A stretch of 63,829 nucleotides of DNA, counting the filler. It is 10 parts of 10 records of this genome, joined end to end, with 100 filler letters (N's around TTAATTAATTAA, not from the genome) between each part and the next. Parts side by side here need not be neighbours in the genome. Positions count along the whole stretch, not along the records: positions 18,173 to 26,557 come from SRR31156797_40982; positions 26,658 to 33,687 come from SRR31156797_40990; 8 more parts are not named here. One strand, given 5' to 3'. Below the pieces are notes generated by a model, which saw nothing but the letters and a program-made list of their open reading frames with translations, was not told the origin of the DNA and made no database searches. Both the position numbers and the translations under genes were made by a program. Within the stretch, counting starts at the first letter, position 1; every line of letters begins with the position of its first letter. This document shows positions 19,528 to 29,924 of the stretch, piece after piece.

Positions 19528-20334
19528 ATGCAAAGAGTCAAAACAAAATTGCCTTTTTTGCTGTTCCTGGGTATATGCCTTTTCTTTTGCCTTCATGAAA
19601 AGACCGCTTGGGGAAAACCGGGCAAAAGGACGGACAGCACCGAAGCTGAAATCCGGCGGCATTGGAAAGCTTTTTCCGACAAAAAAAAATCCGCCCGGGT
19701 TAACGGTAATTATCCCTACATGGGCTGCTTTGCGGATGCGGCCAGAAAGTACAACCTGCCGGTTCCCCTGCTGGTGGCCATGGCGCGCGGTGAGTCCGGT
19801 TTTGATCCTGACGCCCGCAGCCACAAGGGATGCCTCGGCCTCATGCAGATCAAATGGCCCGGCACGGCCAATGACCTGGGCATCATGCACCGGGAGGATC
19901 TCTTCAACCCTGCCGTCAGCATTGACGCCGGCGCCCGATACATGTCATGGCTTCTGGATGAATTTGACGGGGACCTGTTTCTGGCTGTTGCGGCTTATAA
20001 TTACGGCCCCAATGCCATCAGCCCAAAGAGGCGGGTCCCTTCGGGTGCCAAGTGGTATGCTGCCTATATCTTCCGGCATTTAAAGGTGGTGCTTTCCAAA
20101 CCGTACGTCAAAGCCCACAGGGAACTCATCATGCGGTTTGAATCCTTTGACGAAGCGGCGGGATTTGCATCGTACCTTGAAAGGGCGGTTGAAGCGCTTC
20201 CCCTTGAAATCCAGGCCAGCAAACATCAAACTTATGATGTTTACTTTACCTACAAAACAACCGACCAACGGGATAATTATCTAAAAGATCTAAAAGAAAA
20301 AACAGGGATCAAGCCATCACGAAAGGGGATCTGA
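19528..20334 (+). CDS. SLT lytic transglycosylase with possible SPOR-like C-terminus
   Basis: ARGESGF (catalytic E), GLMQI and AAYNYG motifs; N-terminal hydrophobic segment; start codon uncertain. Confidence 0.85.
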   Translation: MQRVKTKLPFLLFLGICLFFCLHEKTAWGKPGKRTDSTEAEIRRHWKAFSDKKKSARVNGNYPYMGCFADAARKYNLPVPLLVAMARGESGFDPDARSHKGCLGLMQIKWPGTANDLGIMHREDLFNPAVSIDAGARYMSWLLDEFDGDLFLAVAAYNYGPNAISPKRRVPSGAKWYAAYIFRHLKVVLSKPYVKAHRELIMRFESFDEAAGFASYLERAVEALPLEIQASKHQTYDVYFTYKTTDQRDNYLKDLKEKTGIKPSRKGI

Positions 20335-20359
20335 CCCGGAGCGGGGAAATGCCGGAAAA

Positions 20360-21316
20360 TTACTGCAACTCCGAAATAATGAGCCACAGATCTTTCCCAT
20401 AAAACACCATCCAGCCCACCAGAATAAAAAGACTCAACCGGAACATTCTGAACAAAGACGCAACAGCCGCCAAACCGGCGCCCAAGAGAATCATGGCATA
20501 GGGACGGTCTTTGGCAACACCGGGCGTGCCTTTCTGTTTGAACGTTTCGACCACGCCCTTTCCTTCCTTCTTGCGCTTTTGGGGTTCACCTTCAGCACCA
20601 ACGCCCGGGCCGTAACCGCGTCCGGCAACACCGACAGGATATTGATACCCATACTGCTGCTGGGCGGGGCCATAGCCCACACCGGCTGCACCGGTACCCG
20701 GGGACACCTCTCCATACATATAAATCCGCTGTACGGGCTCCGGCGCGTCTCTGGGGGCGTACGGATACATAAAACGGGCCGCATCCGCCTCCAGCTGCAG
20801 GGCGTATTCAAGCTCGAATGTATCAAGCAAACCGGTGGGATGCACATGGACGGGTGCCATCAGCTCTTCGGGATAACGGTATCGTTCACCTTCTTCCGGC
20901 GGAATGGCCGGCGGTGGTTTTGGTTCCGGCGGCGGTCCCTTGTAATCAAAGGGCCTTTCCCGAAACAGGGGCATTTTCCGGGGCACCTGGTGGCGGGGAA
21001 TATTCCATCGATGCAGATAATCACCATAGGCAAACAGGAAGGCGTTAACGGGAATTTTCGCGCGTCCCTCTTCGGATTGCAGCACTAAATCCACCGCACT
21101 TTTTCCTGTCTCACCCATCTCCCCAAACAACAGATCCATGGCCAAGACTTCGTCGTCCACATCATCCAGCCGACCTGAAAATGGTGATCCGGCCGTACCA
21201 TCCCGGTATTGGAATTCCGGCCATATTCTGGGATGATCGCCAATGGGGCCGGCATGGCCCTGAAATGACCACAAAAAAGCCATCATGAAAAAAATCGCTG
21301 TAAACCGTTTTCTCAT
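20360..21316 (-). CDS. secreted Pro/Gly-rich protein with PEP-CTERM-like C-terminal TM segment
   Basis: Signal peptide (GHA-G); C-terminus RPYAMILLGAGLAAVASLFRMFR followed by a second hydrophobic helix; last gene of the exosortase run. Confidence 0.6.
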   Translation of the reverse strand: MRKRFTAIFFMMAFLWSFQGHAGPIGDHPRIWPEFQYRDGTAGSPFSGRLDDVDDEVLAMDLLFGEMGETGKSAVDLVLQSEEGRAKIPVNAFLFAYGDYLHRWNIPRHQVPRKMPLFRERPFDYKGPPPEPKPPPAIPPEEGERYRYPEELMAPVHVHPTGLLDTFELEYALQLEADAARFMYPYAPRDAPEPVQRIYMYGEVSPGTGAAGVGYGPAQQQYGYQYPVGVAGRGYGPGVGAEGEPQKRKKEGKGVVETFKQKGTPGVAKDRPYAMILLGAGLAAVASLFRMFRLSLFILVGWMVFYGKDLWLIISELQ

Positions 21317-21363
21317 GGTTGCTCCGGCTGAGATATTGTCCGAACGCCAAGCAGCACCCTTTT

Positions 21364-24135
21364 TTACTCCATTTGGGCTTCGGCTTTTTTGATCAGATTT
21401 TCAGCGATTGTCGCTTCTTCCGGCTTTAATCCCAGCTTCAGTGCTTTTTCAAACACCCCCCTGGCTTGCGCGAAATCCTGTTCCTCGTATAGTAGAAGCC
21501 CCATGTGAAAGCGAAAAAAGGGGTTTTTCGGCATGCCCTCTATGGCCTCCAGGAATTTGTTCTTTGCCAGCAGGAAAGATCCTTTTTTCAAATAGATGGT
21601 TCCCATTTTATCCGCAATCTCAGGACTGTCGGGCATCAGCTCCTGTGCCTTTTTTGCCAGTGACAACGCCTGATCCAGATTCTGGGCCTGAAGCGCACGG
21701 TCCAGTTCGTTGAGGATGTCCACATAACGATGGGCCGGGTCCTTCATGGCCTGCAGCAATTTCCTGGCCTTTTCCAAGTCATTCTTACCTAGCCCCAGCT
21801 TTATGGCCTCTTTAAGCTCACCGGCCGCTTCTTTGACATGGTTCTGCTCATAAAGCACCAACCCCAGATGAAAATGAAACAAAGGCTGCCCCGGTCTTTG
21901 TGAAATGGCATGCCGGAGATGACGGTTTGCCATAAGAAGTGATCCCCTTTTGAGGTACACCCATCCCAAGGTGTCTTCAACGTCCGGATTATCCGGAAGG
22001 AGCTGCTGCGCCTTTTTGGCAAGGGTCAGGGCCTTATCCAGATTCCGACCCCGGTCCGCGTACAGATACGCCAGGTCATTGGCAGCCGGCGCATAATTCT
22101 CATCGATCTTCATTACCGCTTCATAGGATAGAACCGCATTGTCCATGTCTCCCAGCTTCTTGTAGAGATAGGCCATCCGCATGCGGGCCGGAATGTTTTT
22201 GGGATCCATGCTGATAATCCGTTGAAACACCTTCAAAGCAGCACCATAGTCCTGGCGGGCATCCTGGCGATTCATATGGAGGTTTGCCAACAGATTCAAT
22301 GGCTCAATGGATTTCGGGTGTTTCTCGATGAGTTCATCCAGCGTCTTTTGGGCTAAAGAATATTTCTTCTGTGCCAGCAGAACAGCGACTTTCAGCAGGC
22401 CGATTTGCAGGTTTTTCGGTTGCCTATTCATTTCCCCATTAAGCAGCGAAACGGCCTTACCAAATTCTTTCCGACTCACATAAATACCGATAATGCCCTT
22501 GAGGGATGCAAACGTAGTATCATCATTCTTTAACAACCCTTTGAAGTCCTCAAGCGCCTGGTCCAGCCGTCCCTGTGCACGGTAGACCTGTGCCAGCCTG
22601 AGCTGAAAAACCTTGGCATCAGGGTTTTTATCAATGAGATATTGATAATCGGTTTCGGCTTTTTCATATTCCCTGGAGGCCGCATAAACCCTGGCCCGCA
22701 GTATGCGGGCGCGAAGGTTGTCTGGTTGAACACCCAAAATCTGGTTCAGCTCCCTCAATGCCAAAGAGAGTTTTTCAGTCCTGAAATAAATATAAGCGAG
22801 CGCCAGACGGATCTTGGGGGAGCCCGGATCCTTTTCAAGGGCTTTGAGGATTTCAGACAGACTCATCCTGTAATCCCGGTTGTTGAGAAAGGTCAGCCCG
22901 TAAAAATAGTCGCCCTCACCGGATGACGGATCCAGATCGCGTGCTTTTAAAAACTCATCCCTTGCCTTGTTGGACTCCCCTTTTTTGAGCCATAAGAGGC
23001 CCCGCAGGACATACCCCCTGGCATAATCCGGGTCTTCCGCCAGTATTTTTTGAACCTGCTCCAGGGCCTGGTCATAATCGCGTTCCGCGATGAACAGTTC
23101 CGCAATTTTGGACTTTACAGGCATCAGCTGCGGCCATTTTTCTGCAACTTCTTCATAGGTTGCCTTGGCCTTCGGATAATCCTTTAAAAAGATATAGTAG
23201 TCAGCCAGCAGGATAAGGCTTTTTTGATCATCGGAAGACGCCGAGACAGCTGCTTTAAAACTCTTGAGCGCGGCCTGGTATTCTTTTTTCTTATGTTGAA
23301 TGAGCCCCAGGGCATGATAGAGATTTTTGTCCTTGAGTCCCGCACCAATGGCTTCCTGCAGGGCTTTTTCAGAATCACTCAAACGGTTTCTTCGAAGATA
23401 AAATCGCGCCAGAGCAAGGTAAGCGACCGGATTCTCGGGAAAAGCCTTCTTTATTGCCAGAAGCTTGTCCCGCGCCGCATCATAATATCCGGTATTCTCA
23501 TAGAACCGCGCCAACAGAACCTGAACGGAAATATCTTTTGGCTTCAAAGAGGCGGCTTTCTCCATCATTTTCCGGGCCTCTTCCTTCTGGTCCACCAGTA
23601 AAAGGGCCCGGGCCAGGCTTATCTTTACCTCCACATTGTCGTGATGTGACTTTTCCGCCTTTTCCAAAACAGCCTCGGCCTCTGCGCCTTTGCCCGTGTT
23701 CACCAACGCGTTTCCCAGCATGAGAACCGTTTCAAGATCCGGTTTTTCTTTTTCCACCAGTTCTTTCAACAAGGGAATCGCCCTGTCGTAGGCTCCATAC
23801 CGGAAATAAAGTTTTGCCAGCAATTGTTTGGCCTTCGTCATTTCGGTGTCCTGACTTATGGCGAGATTCAACTCCATGGCCGCCAGTTGCGGTTTATCGG
23901 CTTTAAAATAGATTTCTCCCAGAGCATAATGGGCAACCGGATGAAGCGGATCCTTTTGAAGGGCGTTCTTATATTGAATAATCGCTTCATCCGTTTTATT
24001 CTCCTTTTGGGCCTCCATACCCAGCTGAACGAACCGATCCGCCTTTTCCTTATCGCTTTCAAACAAAGAACATCCGCACAAAAACAGGAAGAACGATATT
24101 AATACCATTGCTGCAAAGGCTCTTTTTGCTTTCAT
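21364..24135 (-). CDS. long TPR lipoprotein (PrsT-like)
   Basis: Lipobox LCGC; many TPR repeats, including AANDLAYLY and DTLGWVYLKRG; downstream of epsI. Confidence 0.85.
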   Translation of the reverse strand: MKAKRAFAAMVLISFFLFLCGCSLFESDKEKADRFVQLGMEAQKENKTDEAIIQYKNALQKDPLHPVAHYALGEIYFKADKPQLAAMELNLAISQDTEMTKAKQLLAKLYFRYGAYDRAIPLLKELVEKEKPDLETVLMLGNALVNTGKGAEAEAVLEKAEKSHHDNVEVKISLARALLLVDQKEEARKMMEKAASLKPKDISVQVLLARFYENTGYYDAARDKLLAIKKAFPENPVAYLALARFYLRRNRLSDSEKALQEAIGAGLKDKNLYHALGLIQHKKKEYQAALKSFKAAVSASSDDQKSLILLADYYIFLKDYPKAKATYEEVAEKWPQLMPVKSKIAELFIAERDYDQALEQVQKILAEDPDYARGYVLRGLLWLKKGESNKARDEFLKARDLDPSSGEGDYFYGLTFLNNRDYRMSLSEILKALEKDPGSPKIRLALAYIYFRTEKLSLALRELNQILGVQPDNLRARILRARVYAASREYEKAETDYQYLIDKNPDAKVFQLRLAQVYRAQGRLDQALEDFKGLLKNDDTTFASLKGIIGIYVSRKEFGKAVSLLNGEMNRQPKNLQIGLLKVAVLLAQKKYSLAQKTLDELIEKHPKSIEPLNLLANLHMNRQDARQDYGAALKVFQRIISMDPKNIPARMRMAYLYKKLGDMDNAVLSYEAVMKIDENYAPAANDLAYLYADRGRNLDKALTLAKKAQQLLPDNPDVEDTLGWVYLKRGSLLMANRHLRHAISQRPGQPLFHFHLGLVLYEQNHVKEAAGELKEAIKLGLGKNDLEKARKLLQAMKDPAHRYVDILNELDRALQAQNLDQALSLAKKAQELMPDSPEIADKMGTIYLKKGSFLLAKNKFLEAIEGMPKNPFFRFHMGLLLYEEQDFAQARGVFEKALKLGLKPEEATIAENLIKKAEAQME

Positions 24136-24318
24136 TTTTTTCTCCTTGGATAAGGATAACAAAGGTTTCCAGTTGTTGGGTACCAATCAAAGACACAACT
24201 GCTTGACTATCACAAAACCAGACAAGTGGTAAGTAAAGTTTATTCTATCAAATATGGCGTTTCAAAATCACAATCTACATCAAGACATGTCAGAATGCGA
24301 CCATTTTCGGATCATCCT

Positions 24319-24963
24319 TTACCGACTGATGGGATTCTTCGACAAATATTCAAGTAAAACAGGGACGAAATCCTTTTCAAGATATTCCCGGTTCAAACCT
24401 GCATCGTCTTGAATCGTGGACACGGTGACCAGACCGCCGTCGGTTCTGCCATTGACCAGGGCCCCATAGAGCGTCAGCAATTTATTCATATATTGGTTGG
24501 AAGCCGTTTTTCCGCCGGCATAATACCAATAGTACAGGAGACGCCTGGTCAAACCCTTTCTAAGGGTCAATTTTCTGATCTCAAAACCATTGTCATCAAT
24601 ATCCGGCCCGTGGAGACGAACCGTCTCTTTCCCCACAATCTCCCAACCGCTTCCAGGATAACAGTTGAGAGGGGAGTGCATGGTGCGATCAGCCCCTTGA
24701 GACCCGTAAAAAACGCCGTACAAATCAACTGACCTACCGGAAGGGTTCCGATAACGTTTGAACACGATCTGGTCCGGATTGAGCATCTCAACCACGTCGG
24801 CGTCCAGCTTTAAGTCTGTTCCTTTACAGTCCCCCGGGTTGTGCTCAAAAGGGATTAATTCCATTTTGGGTGTTGAATTCTGCCGGCTTTCTATCCATTG
24901 CCTCGCGAACAGTGTCAAGCCTAAAAGAATTATGATAATAACAAAGGGTAATGCTTTTTTCAT
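24319..24963 (-). CDS. epsI: exosortase-associated EpsI-family protein
   Basis: MHSPLNCYPGSGW, YYWY and RTDGGLV motifs. Confidence 0.88.
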   Translation of the reverse strand: MKKALPFVIIIILLGLTLFARQWIESRQNSTPKMELIPFEHNPGDCKGTDLKLDADVVEMLNPDQIVFKRYRNPSGRSVDLYGVFYGSQGADRTMHSPLNCYPGSGWEIVGKETVRLHGPDIDDNGFEIRKLTLRKGLTRRLLYYWYYAGGKTASNQYMNKLLTLYGALVNGRTDGGLVTVSTIQDDAGLNREYLEKDFVPVLLEYLSKNPISR

Positions 24964-25054
24964 ACGGATCCGTGATCAAGCCAAAATGTTTAAAAAAGAA
25001 TATCGAACAAGGGATGTCCAAGTAAACCTCATAATCCACCAAATCAAACAGGCG

Positions 25055-25936
25055 CTAAGCATTTTTTCGCTTTCCGGCGGAAGCCAGGGATTCAATCATC
25101 CGTTTCAAAAGCAACAGCAACACCAGGGACAAAACAAAAATCACCCAACCACTGAAACCGTGATAAAACCCCAAAGCCGTTTTTGGATCCCAATGGGTTG
25201 CCAGCATACCCGTTGCGGTAATCCTCAGCGCATTGGTAAAAATGGCCAGGGGGATGGTCAAAACCAGCAGAAGTCCCTTTTGAATATAACCACCCATATC
25301 AGAGCAAAAAAGCAGCGCCAGAACAAACAGGGAAAAGACCGAACGGATACCGCTGCAGGCGTTCACCACTTCAAGCGTCATCCGGGATGTCTGTAGAATA
25401 TTCCCCTCCTGAAGAATCGAAACTCCCATTACGCGCAGCATTTCTGAAGCCAATGAACTGACCAGGGCCTTAAGAGGCAATGTTAGGCTGTTCACCACAA
25501 TGGCCGGCAGGGGTATCGCCAGCAGGAGGAGAAAAAGGGGGAAAAGAAAAATTTTCAGCGCATTTTTACCGGTCAGAAAACCGATGACACCCGCCAGCAG
25601 AAAGATTAAAGAAGCCCGCATCACAAAATATTCAACAACCACCTGCCCCATCAGCAGGGATACCATGGCCCCCACCATAATCAATAAACCGGGCAGCCAT
25701 GTCTCGGGTTTGATCCGGTTGATCCTCTTTCTGCGATGAAACAACAGATAACCTGATACGAGAACGAGAAGCAGCCCATGTGCTTGATCACTGTCCGTGA
25801 TCCAGATATGCACCAGACGTCCAACCACATCGTGGTAAAGAAAACCGATCAGGATGATTATGGGCGCAAACATGAACACAAAATGTGCTGAAAATATTCC
25901 CGGCGCCCCCTGCTGTTCTGAGTTCCCCTTAGACAT
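25055..25936 (-). CDS. exosortase (EpsH family)
   Basis: Multi-TM protein with the Cys-Arg-His triad: VVNACSGIRS, NALRI, FYHGFSG. Confidence 0.92.
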   Translation of the reverse strand: MSKGNSEQQGAPGIFSAHFVFMFAPIIILIGFLYHDVVGRLVHIWITDSDQAHGLLLVLVSGYLLFHRRKRINRIKPETWLPGLLIMVGAMVSLLMGQVVVEYFVMRASLIFLLAGVIGFLTGKNALKIFLFPLFLLLLAIPLPAIVVNSLTLPLKALVSSLASEMLRVMGVSILQEGNILQTSRMTLEVVNACSGIRSVFSLFVLALLFCSDMGGYIQKGLLLVLTIPLAIFTNALRITATGMLATHWDPKTALGFYHGFSGWVIFVLSLVLLLLLKRMIESLASAGKRKNA

Positions 25937-26448
25937 TGGACATTCCTTGTTCGATGTTCATTTTTACTCAATCAATATACCTTATCAAACCGCAAAACCC
26001 TATTTTAAGTAATATCATGCTTTTAAAGAAAAATGCAAGATCCGGAGCCAAGCCAAACAGCCGTTAATTTTTTTTACGGGGGGAGTTTTCCATTGCCCGA
26101 ATCCAAAAATATGCCTTCATGCTTATTTTTTGAAAATATCCCATATAAAGATATTTTTTCCTTCAATAAAACACCCCCTGAATACAATAACCCACCTATA
26201 TGATTTGAGTTATATGTTGAAACGGATGTAGTGTCAAATTTCCATCATACAAATTAGTCTGTTATTTCCCCATAGATCAGGATAATTTAGCTTGACCCAT
26301 ATTTCATTTTATGTTAATCAAGGATAGAAAATGGGTGGAAAGTGTATTTTGTTAATTTTATGCAGGAGGTTTTACCCCCAAATGCCGTTCAGTCGTGTTT
26401 TCGTAGTAATAATTGCCAAAAACGATTCAGCTCCAGCGGAGGTTACAG

Positions 26449-26557
26449 ATGACTGACATCATTACCGTCGGAAACCAGAAAGGGGGCGTCGGTAAAACCA
26501 CCACAACCCTCAATCTAGCGGATGCGCTGGGCAGAAAAGGCCTTAAAGTTCTGGTCA
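26449..26557 (+). CDS. ParA/Soj-family ATPase, N-terminal fragment
   Basis: NQKGGVGKTTT deviant Walker A; GGAGG RBS; truncated by the linker. Confidence 0.85.
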
Positions 26558-26657
26558 NNNNNNNNNNNNNNNNNNNNNNNNNNNNNNNNNNNNNNNNNNN
26601 NTTAATTAATTAANNNNNNNNNNNNNNNNNNNNNNNNNNNNNNNNNNNNNNNNNNNN
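26558..26657. other. artificial contig linker
   Basis: 44 N + TTAATTAATTAA + 44 N. Confidence 0.99.
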
Positions 26658-28067
26658 GAAATGCGCCTGTTGACAAAACAAATTGCCGACGAAGAAGCCA
26701 TTAAAGTCTTTGCCGACAATCTTCGGGAACTTTTACTGGCGGCGCCATTAGGCCGGAAATGCGTCTTGGCTATTGACCCCGGTTTTCGAACAGGCTGTAA
26801 ACTGGTCTGTCTCGACGCCCAGGGCAAACTGCTGGAATACGACACCATATATCCCTTCAGTTCCGCAGGGGCCAAGGCAGCCGCCTTTAAGAAAATTACG
26901 GACCTGACTGAAAAATATACTGTTGAAGCCATAGCCGTGGGCAACGGCACCGCCGGCAGGGAAACCGAAGCTTTCCTGAGGGAAAACGAATTCGGGCACA
27001 AGGAACACTTGGTCATGGTCAACGAAAGCGGCGCCTCGGTTTATTCGGCGTCGGAAACGGCCAGGACGGAATTTCCCGACCTGGATCTGACATTTCGAGG
27101 CGCTGTTTCCATTGGACGCAGACTCATGGACCCGCTGGCGGAATTGGTCAAGATAGACGCCAAATCCATAGGCGTCGGTCAGTACCAGCATGACGTCAAT
27201 CAACCGGACCTGAGGCGAAGCCTGGACGACACGGTTATCAGTTGTGTGAATGCGGTCGGCGTGGAAGTCAACACGGCTAGCGAACAATTATTAACCTATG
27301 TATCCGGCCTCGGACCACAGTTGGCCAGGAATATAATTGCTTTTAGAAACGAAAACGGACCTTTTACCACCAGAAAACAATTCATGAAGGTTCCGCGCCT
27401 GGGACCCAAGGCTTTTGAGCAGGCGGCGGGATTTCTTCGGATCAGAGACGGGGAAAATCCACTTGACGCCAGCGCCGTTCACCCTGAATCCTATGCTATT
27501 GTTGAACAAATGGCCGCGGATTTGGCTTCGCGCATAGAAGACCTGATACAAAATGATTCCCTGAGAAAAAAAATAGAGCCCGCCAGATATGTAACGGATA
27601 AAATCGGTCTGCCGACCCTGGATGACATTATGTCGGAACTGGCCAAGCCCGGCCGGGATCCGAGAGAACAGTTCCAGGCTTTCAGCTTCACCGAAGGCGT
27701 GGAAAAGATAGAAGACCTGGAACCTGGAATGAAACTGCCGGGAATTGTCACTAATGTCACCGCTTTCGGCGCTTTTGTGGATGTGGGGGTTCACCAGGAC
27801 GGCCTGGTGCACATCAGTCAATTGGCGGACCATTTTGTCAAGGATCCGAACCAGGAAGTAAAAGTTCATCAACAGGTCATGGTGACTGTTTTGGACGTGG
27901 ACCTGCCCAGAAAACGGATCGGTCTTTCAATGAGAGAAAACCCGGAACCGGGAGAGAATAAAGCTTCCTCGCCGGGCAAGGGCGGCAAAAAGAAAAATGA
28001 ACAGCGAGGCAAGAAAAAAGAGCCCGCGCCTTTTAACAACCCGTTCGCCGGGCTTTTAAAAAAATAG
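26658..28067 (+). CDS. tex: Tex transcription accessory protein, 5'-truncated
   Basis: IDPGFRTGCK, VNESGASVYSAS, IGVGQYQHDV and a C-terminal S1 domain. Confidence 0.95.
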   Translation, partial: EMRLLTKQIADEEAIKVFADNLRELLLAAPLGRKCVLAIDPGFRTGCKLVCLDAQGKLLEYDTIYPFSSAGAKAAAFKKITDLTEKYTVEAIAVGNGTAGRETEAFLRENEFGHKEHLVMVNESGASVYSASETARTEFPDLDLTFRGAVSIGRRLMDPLAELVKIDAKSIGVGQYQHDVNQPDLRRSLDDTVISCVNAVGVEVNTASEQLLTYVSGLGPQLARNIIAFRNENGPFTTRKQFMKVPRLGPKAFEQAAGFLRIRDGENPLDASAVHPESYAIVEQMAADLASRIEDLIQNDSLRKKIEPARYVTDKIGLPTLDDIMSELAKPGRDPREQFQAFSFTEGVEKIEDLEPGMKLPGIVTNVTAFGAFVDVGVHQDGLVHISQLADHFVKDPNQEVKVHQQVMVTVLDVDLPRKRIGLSMRENPEPGENKASSPGKGGKKKNEQRGKKKEPAPFNNPFAGLLKK

Positions 28068-28139
28068 TATCTTGCCCGCGCCCGCCGGCCGTTATTTCAA
28101 AAGGCCGGCGGACGATATATTCACTAACTACAACGAGGA

Positions 28140-29195
28140 GTGAATATGGACTTATATAACCTGGGAAGCGCGTCATGGCAGGAATCTCAATTAATCTACC
28201 ATTCATTGGCCAAACTCGGCCGTGAAGGACTGTGCCTTGTATCACCGGCGACTCCGTACGTGTGCATCGGCTGGCATCAGGACGCCCGCCAGGAAGTGGA
28301 CATAGAATTCTGCAGGAAAAACGACATCCCTGTTTTTCGGCGCGAGGTCGGGGGAGGAGCCGTGTACCTGGATGGGCGGCAGCTTTTTTATCAACTCATT
28401 CTGCGCCGGGACAACCCTGCTATTCCATTGAACCGGGAAACCTTTTACCGGAAATTTATTGAGCCCGTGGCAGAAGTTTACCGGCGAATCGGAGTGCCGG
28501 CTCAGTACAAGCCCATTAACGACATAGTGGCGGGCGGCCGAAAAGTATCCGGCACCGGCGTCGGAGAAATAGGCGATTGTATTGTTTTTGTCGGTAACCT
28601 GATAGTTGACTTCAATTATGAAATGATGTCCCGAGTGCTCAAAGTGCCCGATGAAAAATTCCGGGACAAGGTTCGAAAAACCATTGAGGAAAACCTGGGA
28701 ACCATTAAGCAGGAACTGGGAGAAGACGGTGCGGCCCGCTGGAGCGACGACGCTCTGAACAATTTATTGGTTGAAGAATTTGGAAAAATATTCGGCGCAT
28801 TCACTGAAACCGGGCTGGATAATGAAATCAAAACCAAAGCAGACGAATTGACCGCCCTCATGATAAACGACGAATGGCTTTTCCGCAAAGGACGCCGGGT
28901 CGAGGGACGGGAAATAAAAATTCGCGCCGATGTGAATATGGTCCACCGGATGCATAAAGCCGAAGGAGGGTTGATAAGGGCTGATTTTGAATTACGCAAC
29001 GGTCTTTATGAAAACCTGACCCTTTCCGGCGATTGGTTCTGCTACCCTGAGAATGCGGTTGAAAAACTTGAGACGCTGCTGACGGGCAATGGGCCTGATG
29101 AAGCTGAAGCGATTATAGCTGAATACTATGAGACCGGCGGCGTTGAAACGCCGGGGGTAACCGTGGAGGACTGGCTGGCAGCTCTAAAAGGGTAA
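28140..29195 (+). CDS. lipoate-protein ligase A family
   Basis: RREVGGGAVYLD, INDI and RKVSGTG motifs; C-terminal accessory domain (KAEGGLIR). Confidence 0.88.
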   Translation: MNMDLYNLGSASWQESQLIYHSLAKLGREGLCLVSPATPYVCIGWHQDARQEVDIEFCRKNDIPVFRREVGGGAVYLDGRQLFYQLILRRDNPAIPLNRETFYRKFIEPVAEVYRRIGVPAQYKPINDIVAGGRKVSGTGVGEIGDCIVFVGNLIVDFNYEMMSRVLKVPDEKFRDKVRKTIEENLGTIKQELGEDGAARWSDDALNNLLVEEFGKIFGAFTETGLDNEIKTKADELTALMINDEWLFRKGRRVEGREIKIRADVNMVHRMHKAEGGLIRADFELRNGLYENLTLSGDWFCYPENAVEKLETLLTGNGPDEAEAIIAEYYETGGVETPGVTVEDWLAALKG

Positions 29196-29221
29196 TGTTT
29201 TTCCCGAATAATTCAGCCTGA

Positions 29222-29248
29222 TACGGGCAGTTCGCGAACCGCCCCTAC
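29222..29248. repeat. GTAG-type REP-like hairpin
   Basis: - strand reads gtaggggcggttcgcgaactgcccgta. Confidence 0.7.
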
Positions 29249-29376
29249 ACCACGGCTGCAATCATTTGGCATTTGACGAAATTGCCGGGAGTATTCATCT
29301 AGCGGTTCGCTTGCTACGAATCCAACTGATTTATTCATATTAAAAGCGCCCGGATTATTCGCGGGCGCCTGTTTGA

Positions 29377-29847
29377 TTATTCCGTGCCGTAATCTTTTAG
29401 CCTAAGCTTCACGTCATCGTCTACCACCACCTTGATGACGCCGACAACCGGGATATCGGGCGAGACGTACTGCGACACTTTCCGCCCTACTGAAATGCTT
29501 ACCACCATGCATTTTAATTCCTTGCCCTTGACCATGGCCTTGCCATCAGTGATTACAGGCTTGGGAGCATCGGGCGATCCGGTTAATGGATTAATATTCT
29601 TTGGAAAAACCTTTTCCTTCTCCTGGTTTGGCTTGCCGGGCGTAATGAGTTCCATTTTTATGGTTGTTCCCTTGTCATCCACCTTAACAACAGTCATTTT
29701 CTGACTGGAGCCGTCGGGCATTTCATACAAAACCCATTCGCCTATTCTGGCGTCATCCAGAGGGTTGAATATTTCCTGGCCCATGGCTAAAGGGTTAACG
29801 GCCATTACAAAAACAAAAGACAGCACTACAGAGCGCAACAATTTCAT
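29377..29847 (-). CDS. hypothetical secreted protein
   Basis: GGAGG RBS, signal peptide (PLAMG), beta-rich mature domain. Confidence 0.65.
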   Translation of the reverse strand: MKLLRSVVLSFVFVMAVNPLAMGQEIFNPLDDARIGEWVLYEMPDGSSQKMTVVKVDDKGTTIKMELITPGKPNQEKEKVFPKNINPLTGSPDAPKPVITDGKAMVKGKELKCMVVSISVGRKVSQYVSPDIPVVGVIKVVVDDDVKLRLKDYGTE

Positions 29848-29924
29848 CGCTATCCTCCCGTCTATTTCAATACATGGATTATTCATGAACGTTTAGTGTT
29901 ACAGCTTCAAGTCGACCTTTCATA

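Noticed and set aside
25940-26448. AT-rich region upstream of parA as a possible replication origin
   Set aside because: No TTATCCACA DnaA boxes or iterons were seen; it is more simply a divergent promoter region.
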